The position numbers and the translations under genes are program-made. Shown here piece by piece: positions 50,010 to 60,741 of a stretch of 64,000 bases of DNA. Source of the DNA: Nitrosopumilaceae archaeon. GTDB taxonomy: Archaea; Thermoproteota; Nitrososphaeria; Nitrososphaerales; Nitrosopumilaceae. Under the pieces are notes generated by a model. It did no database searches and was not told where the DNA came from. It saw only the letters and a list, made by a program, of their open reading frames with translations. The DNA is taken from the NCBI GenBank assembly GCA_965207375.1, contig OZ242274.1:1952001-2016000 (forward strand). The letters are read 5' to 3'. Position 1 is the stretch's first letter. Each line of letters begins with the position of its first letter.

Positions 50010-50747
50010 TTACTTCAAATATGACGATATAACTATGGGGTTTTGCATTATTTTTTCCGGCGTGTCTTGCGCTATAATTTTGCCCTCACTCATAACATAC
50101 ACATAATCTGCATATTGCAGTGCAATGTCTAGTCTGTGTTCTATGACACAAAATGTAATGTGTTGTGTGAGGCAAATATCGGTAATTTTTTCAAATATCT
50201 GATGTGCAAGATTTGGTGCAATTCCTGCTATTGGCTCATCTAAGAGTACGGTACTACAGTCAGCCATTAGTGTTTTTCCAAGCTCTAACAACTTTATCTG
50301 TCCGCCTGATAACTCGTATGCCAGATTATACTTTAGATGTGTAATGCTTAAGGTATCAAGGATTTCGTGTGCCCGTTTTAGGTTCTTTGTTTGCACTTTT
50401 TTGTATCGTCCCATTAGTGCGGTTAAAAAAGAGTATCCAGGATTCTCTGCTGCCAACAGCAAATTATCTAGTACCGACAGACTGCTAAAGAGTCGGGGTT
50501 TCTGAAATGTTCTCATCATGCCTGATTTGAATCTCTTGTGCATCGGATACTTTGTGATATCAGTGTCGTTTAGTGTAATGCTGCCTGCATCTATGTCGTA
50601 GAGTCCAGATGCGGCATTGATAAGAGTGGTCTTGCCTGAGCCGTTTGCGCCAATCAGGAGGTTTATCTTGGATTTTTGTAGAGATAATGTTGCTCCATCA
50701 AGTGCTGCCACCCCGCCAAAATGTTTGTGTATGTTTTGAGCATGCAT
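50010..50747 (-). CDS. livG: ABC ATPase
   Basis: FGGVAAL, GANGSGKTT, RTFQ, LSGGQ, DEP.AG, IEH. Confidence 0.85.
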   Translation of the reverse strand: MHAQNIHKHFGGVAALDGATLSLQKSKINLLIGANGSGKTTLINAASGLYDIDAGSITLNDTDITKYPMHKRFKSGMMRTFQKPRLFSSLSVLDNLLLAAENPGYSFLTALMGRYKKVQTKNLKRAHEILDTLSITHLKYNLAYELSGGQIKLLELGKTLMADCSTVLLDEPIAGIAPNLAHQIFEKITDICLTQHITFCVIEHRLDIALQYADYVYVMSEGKIIAQDTPEKIMQNPIVISSYLK

Positions 50748-50874
50748 TATGATGTGTTGATTGCCAGATGTTTAATAGTATTTTTATAAAGTATGCTTTT
50801 AGCCAAGTGGCAATGCAGATCAAGAACATCATAATTGCAGAATAGTTCAGAAATCAGACAGGTGTATGTACGGT

Positions 50875-51741
50875 TCAGGGTTTTTTGGCAATTATCAGAT
50901 CAACTTTGTACCTGATCTCGGTGCGCGTGTTAATTTTCAGATTCCAAGGAATAAAGCTTGGATTTTTGGTTTTTGAAATAATTTTTAGATTCATATCACA
51001 TAGATGATTTCTCAATGTTTGTGCATTCAAAGGATGCCTTACAGAAAGTGAACCGCGTCTGTCATCATAGGGGGTAGACAAGAGTAAAAATCCCTTGAAT
51101 TGCCTGTACAAAATAGAAAGAAAAATTTTAGGCTCCACAATGTCTAACAGATTCAAAGATATTACGGTATCAAATTTTAGATTGCCAAATGGATGATTCA
51201 GTGAATCAGATACAAAAAAATCAGCAGTTACATGAAACTTTTGTTTTGCATGCAAAAGTGCAGCAAAGGATTGATCAATTCCAAATGCTACATCAGTATG
51301 TCTTGAGATGTGTTTTGTTACAAGTCCATTGGAGCAGCCATGTTCTAAAACCATGCCTGTAGAGATTTTGGATGCTTTATTTTTTATAACAGAGTAAAAT
51401 TTTGTGTTTTTGCTATTAAGATATACATTTGCCCAATGCTGTTCATGACCGCTTTTATCTGCAGCAGATTTTGCATGCAATAAAGCTTTTTTTATAAAAG
51501 ATTTTAGTTTTAAATTTTTGGATTTGTGATACATCATATTGCCGTGTAATTTTCGTGCCTTCAAATAAGAATCAAAGGTATTCCAAAGTATGGGAATTTT
51601 CATAACAATTGGAAACACCAATGAACAATCATGACAGCGTAAAAACCCTTCATGGATTTCTTTATCTTCTTCTAAAATTTCCAATTCCAATTTACCGTTG
51701 CACCCCACACAGAAAAGAAAATCCAAGCTAAATTGATGCAT
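50875..51741 (-). CDS. SAM methyltransferase with N-terminal Trm112-like zinc domain
   Basis: CVGC...CHDC..FPI..IPIL; VLEHGCSNG. Confidence 0.75.
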   Translation of the reverse strand: MHQFSLDFLFCVGCNGKLELEILEEDKEIHEGFLRCHDCSLVFPIVMKIPILWNTFDSYLKARKLHGNMMYHKSKNLKLKSFIKKALLHAKSAADKSGHEQHWANVYLNSKNTKFYSVIKNKASKISTGMVLEHGCSNGLVTKHISRHTDVAFGIDQSFAALLHAKQKFHVTADFFVSDSLNHPFGNLKFDTVISLNLLDIVEPKIFLSILYRQFKGFLLLSTPYDDRRGSLSVRHPLNAQTLRNHLCDMNLKIISKTKNPSFIPWNLKINTRTEIRYKVDLIIAKKP

Positions 51742-51821
51742 GTAAATAAGGAAAATTTGAGTTTAATACATATTTTTGATTCAAGATAATATTAAATGGT
51801 GTTTTAAATCCAATTTGGAAC

Positions 51822-53009
51822 ATGGGAGAGTTTAAGGAATTTGCAGAGGCCCTATTTGGACAGTTATCTGTGGAATTAAACGAAGAAAAAGAGATTGCAG
51901 AGCTAGCAGCAAGGGCAAGAGAGGACCTAGGAGAAATTCAATTCAGAAAACTTGAAGATATTGCAAATGAGGTTTTACCTGCCTACAAAGAAAAGATAAA
52001 AGAATTCACAGGCATAGAAATTGCCGACAATATAAAAATTAAATTCCCAGAATTAGAAGAATTAAAAAGAATCAAAGGGGATAAGGTCTTTGCAGATGGA
52101 GCATCAAGACAATTCGTTACAGAACTGTTTGAGGCAGTAGCAAAAGAAGACTATCACAAAATAGCAGAGATGATGGAAAAAGACACTGCCAAATATCTGG
52201 TATATTCTACTTATGCAATTCAGTACATATCAAAAATTACCACCACATACGGAGATTATCTAGATTCGGTGATTTATTTGAATAAATTTATTCTGTCAAG
52301 ATATCCTCAAATTATCTTGCACAAACAGGGCAAACCGTATGAATCTAAATTCGATGACGTAAACTCTGGATATCTAGGTGCTGTAAAGATGACAGTATTA
52401 GAAGAGTTGATACATTCTACACAGAAAAATTTGCATCAAATCAACATAGAGGCAGCATCAAAGGTAAATAAAATCAACGAGGAATTAGCAGGCACAATTC
52501 TTGCATTAGATACACACACAATAAACAAGCTTACAGAATACTGTCAGCTGCAGGCAGTACCAGACGATTTCCCATTTGCAAAAAAGGCAAATTTGTTTTT
52601 CTTTTTGAATCCAGATCATTTCCTAATTGAGCAAATAGGACCTGATGTAATGACATTTACACATGTAGAAATTGATCCAAAAATTGCAGAATCTATTCCT
52701 ACTCTACTAGATATTTACAAAAGATGGTTGATTCCAATTCAACAACATCACGCAGCCTTTACAGTAATGGAGGGAATGGCAGCATTTGCAATTGAAGGCA
52801 TTTTAAAAGATGATCCAGATTTTCAGAACTATCTTACAACGTTTATGGGAACCGACATCTCTGCATATCAGGTAAGAAAAGGCATAGGCAAGGACTTTAT
52901 CAAGGCAGTCTATAAAAAGTACAAAAAAGACACATTCAAAAAAATCATCAAAGAGCCTCCCTCTACTAGGGATTTGAAGAATCCGCAGGCATATCTAGAA
53001 AATCACTAG
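51822..53009 (+). CDS. conserved hypothetical protein, zincin-like
   Basis: EELIH...MEG pattern. Confidence 0.7.
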   Translation: MGEFKEFAEALFGQLSVELNEEKEIAELAARAREDLGEIQFRKLEDIANEVLPAYKEKIKEFTGIEIADNIKIKFPELEELKRIKGDKVFADGASRQFVTELFEAVAKEDYHKIAEMMEKDTAKYLVYSTYAIQYISKITTTYGDYLDSVIYLNKFILSRYPQIILHKQGKPYESKFDDVNSGYLGAVKMTVLEELIHSTQKNLHQINIEAASKVNKINEELAGTILALDTHTINKLTEYCQLQAVPDDFPFAKKANLFFFLNPDHFLIEQIGPDVMTFTHVEIDPKIAESIPTLLDIYKRWLIPIQQHHAAFTVMEGMAAFAIEGILKDDPDFQNYLTTFMGTDISAYQVRKGIGKDFIKAVYKKYKKDTFKKIIKEPPSTRDLKNPQAYLENH

Positions 53010-53020
53010 GAAGTCAAATT

Positions 53021-53836
53021 TTGAATGAGCAAAAAATAGCACACTGGCTTGAGATTTCAAACGATTCTAGACTCAGCCTAGTGGAAAAATGCCTCAACCT
53101 TGCAAAGTTAGTTGAATATCAGGATTTAGACATAACAAAGTATGCAAAGAAGATCAAGGAGATAGGGGATGCACTGCATGAAACCATCAACGAAATAAAA
53201 AACCCGACGTATCTAATTTCAATGCTAAATGAACATCTCTTTGATAATTTTGGACTAGTAGGGGATGAGGACGATTACTATAACCCCAAGAATAATTTCC
53301 TCAATGAAGTAATTGACAAAAAATCAGGATTGCCAATTACAGTATCAATAATCTATGTTGAAATTGCAAAATACATAGGACTTGACATGCAGCTAGTTGG
53401 ATTTCCAAGTCACGTCCTAGTAAAATACAAAGATGAGTTAGTGTTAGATCCGTTTTATGGTGGAAGGGTGGTACAAGTAGAAGACATGCAACAAATTCTT
53501 GATATGAATTTTGAAGGGACCTTAGAATTTTCTCCCGAATTTTTAACTGCAATATCGACTAGGCAGATACTGGTTCGCATTATTAGAAATCTAAAAAATT
53601 CATACATGCAATCATATGCTTTTGAAAAGGCACTGCTTTGTGTAGACCTAGCAATGACGCTAGAAAAGGATGTGGCAATAGACATCAGAGACAGGGGCAT
53701 AATTGAGGAAAGATTATCTCATTATGATTTGGCATTAGAACATCTAAAACAGTACCTAGAGGCTAGTCCTAATGCAGAGGATGCAGATTTTGTTTTGGGT
53801 TTGATACAAAATATTAGAGAAAAGATCAATCAATGA
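53021..53836 (+). CDS. SirB1-family protein (transglutaminase-like plus TPR)
   Basis: YYNPKN.FLN.VI..K.GLPI, GFPSH, DPF, RNLK, RDRG. Confidence 0.85.
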   Translation: MNEQKIAHWLEISNDSRLSLVEKCLNLAKLVEYQDLDITKYAKKIKEIGDALHETINEIKNPTYLISMLNEHLFDNFGLVGDEDDYYNPKNNFLNEVIDKKSGLPITVSIIYVEIAKYIGLDMQLVGFPSHVLVKYKDELVLDPFYGGRVVQVEDMQQILDMNFEGTLEFSPEFLTAISTRQILVRIIRNLKNSYMQSYAFEKALLCVDLAMTLEKDVAIDIRDRGIIEERLSHYDLALEHLKQYLEASPNAEDADFVLGLIQNIREKINQ

Positions 53837-53999
53837 TGGAACTAATATCTTGGCCCTTTTTGATCATGTCAATCTCATGACGTGCAATTTTATTTCTCAT
53901 TGCCTTTTTGAATATGTTTACCTCTTCGCGAAGTAAAGCAACCTCATCTTCTAGCTTGGCCACTCTTTCATAAATGGTCTCAGCATCGTCTGAACTCAT
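53826..53999 (-). CDS. small coiled-coil protein (57 aa, below ORF-track cutoff)
   Basis: MSSDDAETIYERVAKLEDEVALLREEV... Confidence 0.65.
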   Translation of the reverse strand: MSSDDAETIYERVAKLEDEVALLREEVNIFKKAMRNKIARHEIDMIKKGQDISSIID

Positions 54000-54522
54000 G
54001 TTGAAGTAGTAAAGAAATTATCTTAAAAAGCTAACCATTGGCAAAAAGCCCCCTAGACATCAGGGCTCAAATTGACGATTAGGCGTACATGATGCGCAAA
54101 ATTTGTGTTTTGTGCAGTATTTGGGGGCACAATCTAGGTTTTGATATAATCAGGTACATGGGTATTGTAGGGCTTTTGGATATTTTGCTCAAAAATTTTT
54201 CCCAATAACTTAGTCAAAATAGATTGGCACATGCTTGGGTCATAGATTTTGCAGGTATGAAATTTTTACATGTGTTCAAAAATTAGGTACAGAATTTATC
54301 ATAATTTTCCTAGTTTAGGCAGGTTGTGCTACTGTTAGTAGTTTTGTTATTTTAGTTAAAGCACCTGAGCTAAATTTTGAATTTCCTTGTTGTGTCAATC
54401 TACCACAGACAATTCGGAGAAAATTATGTCCTGCTTGCCACTAGCACTTAATTCAGAAGAACTGAAAATATTAAAACTTAATATAATTTCAAATGTATTG
54501 TATGGTATAGTCGTGTATGACT

Positions 54523-54552
54523 CTTTGGGGCGATCTGGGATCGCGCCCAAAG
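54523..54552. other. GC-rich hairpin
   Basis: CTTTGGG-GCGATC-TGG-GATCGC-G-CCCAAAG, 13 bp with one bulge. Confidence 0.7.
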
Positions 54553-54578
54553 CAAATGGATGCACGCCTAGCATTTCA

Positions 54579-55130
54579 TTATTCTTGAATGTTTTTTCTA
54601 CAATCTATTTCAACTATGCCCTTTTGTTCTAGTCCTCGATTATTGGCCCACGTAACAATATCTGATAAAATATACGAATTTCATTTATAGGCATATGTAA
54701 TTCCGTTGTCCTTTAGAAAATCTACACAATCAGAATCACATTCAAAGACAATGTCTGATATGATGTTATTGTGGGAATAAGCAAAGGCCTCTATGTTTTT
54801 ACGTATTTCGTGAAATAGTACACGATTGTATGTTTGGAAATTTTTTTTGCTTTTGGACTGTTTTTTATTTTTACTCTTTTTATTTTTAAATTTTGCAATT
54901 ATATCATCGCGATCTATTCTAATGCAGAATCCGGTTATCTTCTTGCCGTCAAATTTCAAGGCAGATGTGATGTTACTACGGTTTGTATTGTTTTTAGATA
55001 TTTGATTGAAATTCAATCTCTTTGCAACAGAATTGATTTTTTCAGGTGTTCCAATAACAATGCCCATGAATCGATAATTACCCTGATCCGGATTGTCTGA
55101 TACATCTATTCCTGCAACAAGTGATACCAT
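54579..55130 (-). pseudogene. DUF3800-like (RNase H-fold) gene with in-frame TGA at 54681-54683
   Basis: N-terminal AGIDVSD; frame continues after the stop as NSYILSDIVTWANN... Confidence 0.55.
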
Positions 55131-55271
55131 GGTACATCAATCATGTTTTTCGCTTAACATTGCCACAAACACATCAATATCTTTATCGTTAAAATCTTTT
55201 TTTCATCTCGTTTAGTATAATTTTTTGTAACTAATCGATTTTATAAAGTGCCATACAACATCTTCTCACAC

Positions 55272-55574
55272 CTACAAATCAACAATTAATGAATAAATAA
55301 AATCACCATATTCGTCATCTGAGAAATTCACAGTTTCAAACTTTTTTTTATCAATTGCAATTTTAAGAGATTCCAAGTGATAACACCACTCCTTTCCGTG
55401 TAATCTAGAAAAGTAAAATCCAGCACAGGAACAAAACTCCAAATCAACATCTACCCAATATTCCCCACCTGCTCCAACAACGGTCCAGATGCGACGATTG
55501 CTAGGTTCAAAAACATGTAACTTTACACGTCTGTTTTCAACGGCGTCTGTGATTTTCTCAGAGTGGTCCCTCAC
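55272..55574 (-). CDS. small SWIM zinc-finger protein
   Basis: FCSCAGF...CYHL. Confidence 0.8.
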   Translation of the reverse strand: MRDHSEKITDAVENRRVKLHVFEPSNRRIWTVVGAGGEYWVDVDLEFCSCAGFYFSRLHGKEWCYHLESLKIAIDKKKFETVNFSDDEYGDFIYSLIVDL

Positions 55575-55605
55575 AACAGATTAATCACCTCTCCAAATTA
55601 TATTC

Positions 55606-56358
55606 TTGATGGTCACAAGCAGGATTGTTCCCTCAAAGCCTGCATTGCTAGTACAGGATGAAAAAAAATACCTAGTTGTGTCAGACTTGCACATTGGATT
55701 TGAATCAAAACTTGCAGCAAACAATGTCTTTATCGGAAAAAACTCCACAGTACAGGAGACAATTTCAGAAATCACAGACATTATAAAACAGCAAAAACCG
55801 GATTCGCTGATGCTTTTAGGAGACATAAAGTCAAGCATAAAATCAATCACAAATGCAGAATGGAGTGATGTTCCAATATTTTTTGAGGAGATGAAAAAAA
55901 TGCTAGAGGTGATTTTAATTCCTGGAAATCACGATTCAAACATACAGAAATTAATCCCAGAGGACATCACACTAATCAGCCCGTCAGGACTCGTACTAGA
56001 CAACGCACTGTTTACCCACGGACACACGATACCGTCTGAGAATTTTTCACATGTAGAAAAAATCATAATGGGCCACATACATCCGGTATTTTTTGATGAC
56101 GAATCCGTACTAAATGGACAAAGAGTGTGGATCTCATTAAAATCACAAAAGGAGGATATCTTTCCATCAGCCAAAGGTCAGCTTGAAATTTTGCTAGTAC
56201 CCTCATTTAACAAATATCTTTACGCAACACACAAACAAAAATACAAAAAATCAATCTCCCCAATAATACAAAAAATCAAAAAGGTACAGTCTGCAAAAAT
56301 TGTGACACTAGATGGCTCCATTATAGGAGATGAAAACATACTAGAGAAGATAATCTAG
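55606..56358 (+). CDS. calcineurin-like metallophosphoesterase
   Basis: DLHIG, LGD, GNHD, HGH, GHIHP. Confidence 0.9.
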   Translation: MMVTSRIVPSKPALLVQDEKKYLVVSDLHIGFESKLAANNVFIGKNSTVQETISEITDIIKQQKPDSLMLLGDIKSSIKSITNAEWSDVPIFFEEMKKMLEVILIPGNHDSNIQKLIPEDITLISPSGLVLDNALFTHGHTIPSENFSHVEKIIMGHIHPVFFDDESVLNGQRVWISLKSQKEDIFPSAKGQLEILLVPSFNKYLYATHKQKYKKSISPIIQKIKKVQSAKIVTLDGSIIGDENILEKII

Positions 56359-59300
56359 TTGTAATCAAAGTATGGCTCTAGTGGTTTTTTGGTGGTTTCG
56401 TTGTTTTGCAGCCACTCTAGCGTCTTTACAAAGGACTCTGCTAGCTCCAGTGTGGTCAGTACCGGAATGCCCAGCTCCAGTGACTTTCTTCGTATTTGAA
56501 ACTCATCCTCAAGCATTCCTACATATTTTTCAAGTGTGGCAGTACTTGGAATATTGATAATAAAATCAATCTTGCGCTCGTGTAACAGGTCAGCAATATT
56601 GGGCTTTCTTTGGGGCTCGCTGATTTTGTGTACTACCTGAATTTGCCCTATCTTTTCCTCAAAGAACTCAGCAGTATGCTCAGTTGCAAGTATTTTAAAT
56701 CCAAGGCTTTTAAGCAGGGCAATTGTATGAAGCAGCTTTTCCTTGTTTTGACCTCCCCCAACAGTTACTAGGGCAGTTCCCTTTGATGGTAGGTTGTATC
56801 CAACAGATGTCAGTCCCTTTGATAATGCATCATAAAAGCTAGAGCCAAAGCAGGCAGCCTCTCCTGTGGACTGCATTTCAACTCCTAAAACAATGTCTGC
56901 ACCATCAAGCTGCATAAAGGAGAATTGTGGTACCTTGATTCCATATGTGTGAATTTTTTTCCAAGCATCATCTGCAATTGAGGGCAACGCATTTCCCAAA
57001 ATTGCCTTTGATGCCAAATTAATCAGGTTGGTGCGTACAAGTTTTGAGACAAATGGCATAGAGCGAGATGCCCTAATGTTTAGTTCTATGACATACACCT
57101 GATTATCATGTACCAAAAATTGCAGGTTAAAAGGCCCCCGAATGTTAAAGGTGGTTGCTATCTTTTTTGTATAATCAGTTACCGTTTCTAGGATTTTGTT
57201 ATTTAATCTCCAAGGCGGAATACACATCATGGCGTCCCCCGAATGCACACCTGCACTGTCAATATGCTCCACAATGGCGCCAATTACAACATTTTCTCCG
57301 TCGCATACCCCATCTACATCTAACTCTAGTGAGTTTAGCATGAACTTTGAAATTACAACCGGATGATCCGGTGAAAGCATGGTTGCGTTTTGAACGTATG
57401 TTTTGAGTTCATCTTGTGACCAAACCACCTTCATTGCAGCTCCGCTGAGCACGTATGACGGTCGTACAATTACAGGATATCCCACATTTTGTGCAAAGGA
57501 TTTTGCTTCAGCCGTAGTTGAAAACGCCTGCCAGGGAGGCTGTTTGATGTGAAGTTTATCAAGCTCACCGCTGAAAATGGAGCGGTTTTCTGCGCGGTCG
57601 ATATCGCATGCAGAGGTTCCCAAGATACAAACTCCAGAGTCTGCAAGTTTTGGAGTAAGATTGTTGGCAGTTTGTCCTCCTACACACGTAACTACGCCTT
57701 TGGAATCCTCAAATTCTGCAATATCTAAGATTCGCTCATGTGTCAGCTCCTCAAAATATAGTCTGCTGCAGATATCATAATCAGTAGATACTGTTTCAGG
57801 ATTGCAGTTTACCACAGATACGTTTTTTTCTCCGTTTTCCTGCAAGCCCCAGACCATGTTGACTGTGCCCCAGTCAAATTCAACGCTGCTTCCGATACGA
57901 TACGGTCCTGCACCTAAGACCAAAATGCCTTTTTGTTCATCGGTAATTGTAACGTCGTTGTGGCTTCCGCCATAAGTCATGTATAGATAGTTAGTCTTTG
58001 CAGGCCATTCGGCTGCCAGCGTATCAATCTGCTTTACCACAGGAACAATGCCGTGTTTTTTTCTGATTGCTCGAATTTGATCTGCCTCTTTTTTGGTGGC
58101 CCTTGCAATCTGCTTGTCAGAAAAGCCCATCTTCTTGGATTGAGCAAGCAGTTCTGGTATAAGCTCCTTTTGGGAAAGTGACTTTGCAATATACACGATG
58201 TTTTTTATTTTTTCAATAAACCAGGGATCAATTGAGGATAGATTGTGGATTTTCTCAACATCTAGTCCCATGGATAGTGCGATAGATACGTAATACAGGA
58301 TTTGATCGTCCATCTTTGATAGGTGGTTTTCTATCTCTTCTTCGGTGTAGGTTTTAGTATCAAAGCGATTTAAAACTAGGCCGTCGTTTCCTATATCCAA
58401 CATGCGAATTGCCTTTTGCAGTGATTCCTCAAAACTTCTACCTATGGCCATGACCTCGCCTACAGATTTCATGGTCGGGCCAAGTTTGCGGTTGACTAGT
58501 TCAAATTTTCCAAAATCCCATCGCGGATGCTTACATACGATATAATCCAAAGATGGTTCAAAGCATGCAGTTGTGGATTTTGTGATGCGGTTTTCAAGCT
58601 CGGCCAAAGTGTAACCTAGGCCAATTTTTGCAGACATGTATGCCAAAGGGTATCCTGTGGCCTTGCTGGCAAGAGCAGATGAGCGTGAAAGTCTTGGGTT
58701 AATTTCGATTGCCACATATCTTGCAGAGTCAGGATCTAATGCATATTGAATATTACATTCTCCAACGATACCAACATGTTTAGTGGCGCGCAGTGCAGCA
58801 GAACGCAACATGTGATACTCGTAGTTGTCAATTGTTTGCGACGGTGCAACCACTATATTGTCACCTGTGTGTGCCTTCATTGAAAGGACATTTTCCATGT
58901 TGCACACAATTACGTTGTTTCCTGCATAATCCTGCATTACCTCATACTCGATTTGTTTCCAGTGTCCGATATATTCCTCAATTAGGACCTGGCCTACAAG
59001 TGATGCATTAATTCCACGCTCAATTATCTCGTGTAGCTCTATTTCATTGTGAGCCACACCTCCTCCCTTTCCACCTAGAGTATATGCGACCCGTATGATT
59101 ACAGGATATCCTAGCTCCTCAGTTGCTTTTTTTGCATCCTCAAAGTTTCCAACGGTGCGGCTTTTGAGAACAGGAACGTTACATTGAATCATTGAGTCCT
59201 TGAACAATTGTCTGTCTTCGGTTCTTTTGATTCCAGGAATCTGTGTACCCAAGACTCGAATTCCGTATTTTGATAAAATGCCCGATTCGTCTAGTTTGAC

Positions 59301-59597
59301 GCCACAATTTAGGGCAGTCTGACCTCCATAGGCCAACATGATTGCATCGGGACGTTCAGATTCGATTATGGATTCAACATACTTTGGGGTGACAGGCAAC
59401 AAATAGACCTGGTCTGCAAATCTGGTATCGGTCTGGATGGTGGCAACATTTGGATTAATCAGGATGCTTTTTAGGCCGTCTTCATGAATTGCCTTGAGAC
59501 ACTGGCTACCAGAATAATCAAACTCGCCTGCCTCCCCGATTTTGATTGCCCCACTTCCCAGAACTAGGATTTTGTTTAGGTCCTCGTGTTTTGGCAA
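56355..59597 (-). CDS. carB: carbamoyl-phosphate synthase large subunit
   Basis: GEFDYSG, two ATP-grasp halves, MGS domain. Confidence 0.97.
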   Translation of the reverse strand: MPKHEDLNKILVLGSGAIKIGEAGEFDYSGSQCLKAIHEDGLKSILINPNVATIQTDTRFADQVYLLPVTPKYVESIIESERPDAIMLAYGGQTALNCGVKLDESGILSKYGIRVLGTQIPGIKRTEDRQLFKDSMIQCNVPVLKSRTVGNFEDAKKATEELGYPVIIRVAYTLGGKGGGVAHNEIELHEIIERGINASLVGQVLIEEYIGHWKQIEYEVMQDYAGNNVIVCNMENVLSMKAHTGDNIVVAPSQTIDNYEYHMLRSAALRATKHVGIVGECNIQYALDPDSARYVAIEINPRLSRSSALASKATGYPLAYMSAKIGLGYTLAELENRITKSTTACFEPSLDYIVCKHPRWDFGKFELVNRKLGPTMKSVGEVMAIGRSFEESLQKAIRMLDIGNDGLVLNRFDTKTYTEEEIENHLSKMDDQILYYVSIALSMGLDVEKIHNLSSIDPWFIEKIKNIVYIAKSLSQKELIPELLAQSKKMGFSDKQIARATKKEADQIRAIRKKHGIVPVVKQIDTLAAEWPAKTNYLYMTYGGSHNDVTITDEQKGILVLGAGPYRIGSSVEFDWGTVNMVWGLQENGEKNVSVVNCNPETVSTDYDICSRLYFEELTHERILDIAEFEDSKGVVTCVGGQTANNLTPKLADSGVCILGTSACDIDRAENRSIFSGELDKLHIKQPPWQAFSTTAEAKSFAQNVGYPVIVRPSYVLSGAAMKVVWSQDELKTYVQNATMLSPDHPVVISKFMLNSLELDVDGVCDGENVVIGAIVEHIDSAGVHSGDAMMCIPPWRLNNKILETVTDYTKKIATTFNIRGPFNLQFLVHDNQVYVIELNIRASRSMPFVSKLVRTNLINLASKAILGNALPSIADDAWKKIHTYGIKVPQFSFMQLDGADIVLGVEMQSTGEAACFGSSFYDALSKGLTSVGYNLPSKGTALVTVGGGQNKEKLLHTIALLKSLGFKILATEHTAEFFEEKIGQIQVVHKISEPQRKPNIADLLHERKIDFIINIPSTATLEKYVGMLEDEFQIRRKSLELGIPVLTTLELAESFVKTLEWLQNNETTKKPLEPYFDYN

Positions 59598-59598
59598 T

Positions 59599-60741
59599 CT
59601 AGTTTTGCTCCATGAGTTTTTTTAATCTATCAAAAATAAATTTACAGTCATAAGGTCCAGGAGAGGCTTCGGGATGAAACTGCACGGCGATAGTTTTTTG
59701 GCTCTTGTGCTTTATGCCTTCAACTGTCTTATCATCTGCATTTGTAAACCACAAATCAAATTCGGAATCGCAAAGTGAGTCCGGATCTATGCAATAGCCA
59801 TGATTCTGACTTGTAACATATACCTGGTCATTTTCCAAATCTATACACGGTTTGTTTTGACCTCGGTGGCCATATTTGAGCTTGTATGTTTTGGCATTTC
59901 CTGCAAGGCCTATAATTTGTGCGCCAAGACATATTCCCAAGGTAGGTATGTTTTTTGCCATAAGTGTCTTGGCAGTTTGAATCGTATCTGGACAGTGCTC
60001 AGGGTCGCCTGGACCATTGCTAATTACGACTCCTTTTGGATTATACGACAGAATCTTCTCAGCAGAAGTATTCCATGGAACTTTGATTACCTTGTATCCC
60101 AGCTCCCTTATGTTTCGTAAAATGGCATTTTTTGCACCAGTGTCTACCACAACAACGGATTCAGAGTCGCTGCCAAACTCTTGGATTGTTTTAGTTGATA
60201 CCGTATCCATAAACCGTTCAGAATTGTAATGCTTTGCATTTGCAAGCAGTTGTTTTATTGGTGTTTCATCAATTGGATCATCAGATACTGCAAGTGCTCC
60301 CATCATTACACCCTTGGTGCACAGTTTTTTTGTTAGTGCACGGGTATCAATTCCAGATATTCCAGGTATTTTTTCATTGTATAGCCATTCATCTAGTGTA
60401 AGTGAGAGATTCCAATGACTTGCAGTAAGTGATAGTTCGTGTACTATTAAACCACGGATTTGAATTCTGTCAGACTCTAGTGTTTCAGATATTCCATCAG
60501 AATCTTTTTTTGTAGGATCAGGCACCCCGTAATTTCCAACCAACGGATAGGTCAGTGTAAGTATTTGGCCGCTGTATGACGGATCAGTCAACGTCTCGGG
60601 ATATCCCACCATCCCAGTATTGAACACAACCTCACCTGAAACGATAGTAGGATAGCCAAAGCCCATTCCTTCAACAACGGTGCCGTCATCGAAGATCAGC
60701 TTTGCAAACTTGTTTGCATGGTTGGATTTTTTTGTAGTTAT
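59599..60741 (-). CDS. carA: carbamoyl-phosphate synthase small subunit (start probably upstream of the first ATG at 60666)
   Basis: KLIFDDGT, GEVVFNTGMVGY, GICLG, QFHPE. Confidence 0.93.
   Translation of the reverse strand: MTTKKSNHANKFAKLIFDDGTVVEGMGFGYPTIVSGEVVFNTGMVGYPETLTDPSYSGQILTLTYPLVGNYGVPDPTKKDSDGISETLESDRIQIRGLIVHELSLTASHWNLSLTLDEWLYNEKIPGISGIDTRALTKKLCTKGVMMGALAVSDDPIDETPIKQLLANAKHYNSERFMDTVSTKTIQEFGSDSESVVVVDTGAKNAILRNIRELGYKVIKVPWNTSAEKILSYNPKGVVISNGPGDPEHCPDTIQTAKTLMAKNIPTLGICLGAQIIGLAGNAKTYKLKYGHRGQNKPCIDLENDQVYVTSQNHGYCIDPDSLCDSEFDLWFTNADDKTVEGIKHKSQKTIAVQFHPEASPGPYDCKFIFDRLKKLMEQN

Noticed and set aside
28939-55130. Stop-codon recoding (TGA=Gly or TAG read-through) suggested by three in-frame stops
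   Set aside because: TGA and TAG terminate many intact genes at expected C-termini (aquaporin, DUF192, carB, aIF5A). The affected genes look like ordinary pseudogenes.
39760-60741. Genome-wide reassignment of Phe codons to Ser or Ala
   Set aside because: Conserved Phe positions use both codons normally: TTT in CarB GEFDY and CarA QFHPE, TTC in CarB PQFSF and PurM GFGHY.
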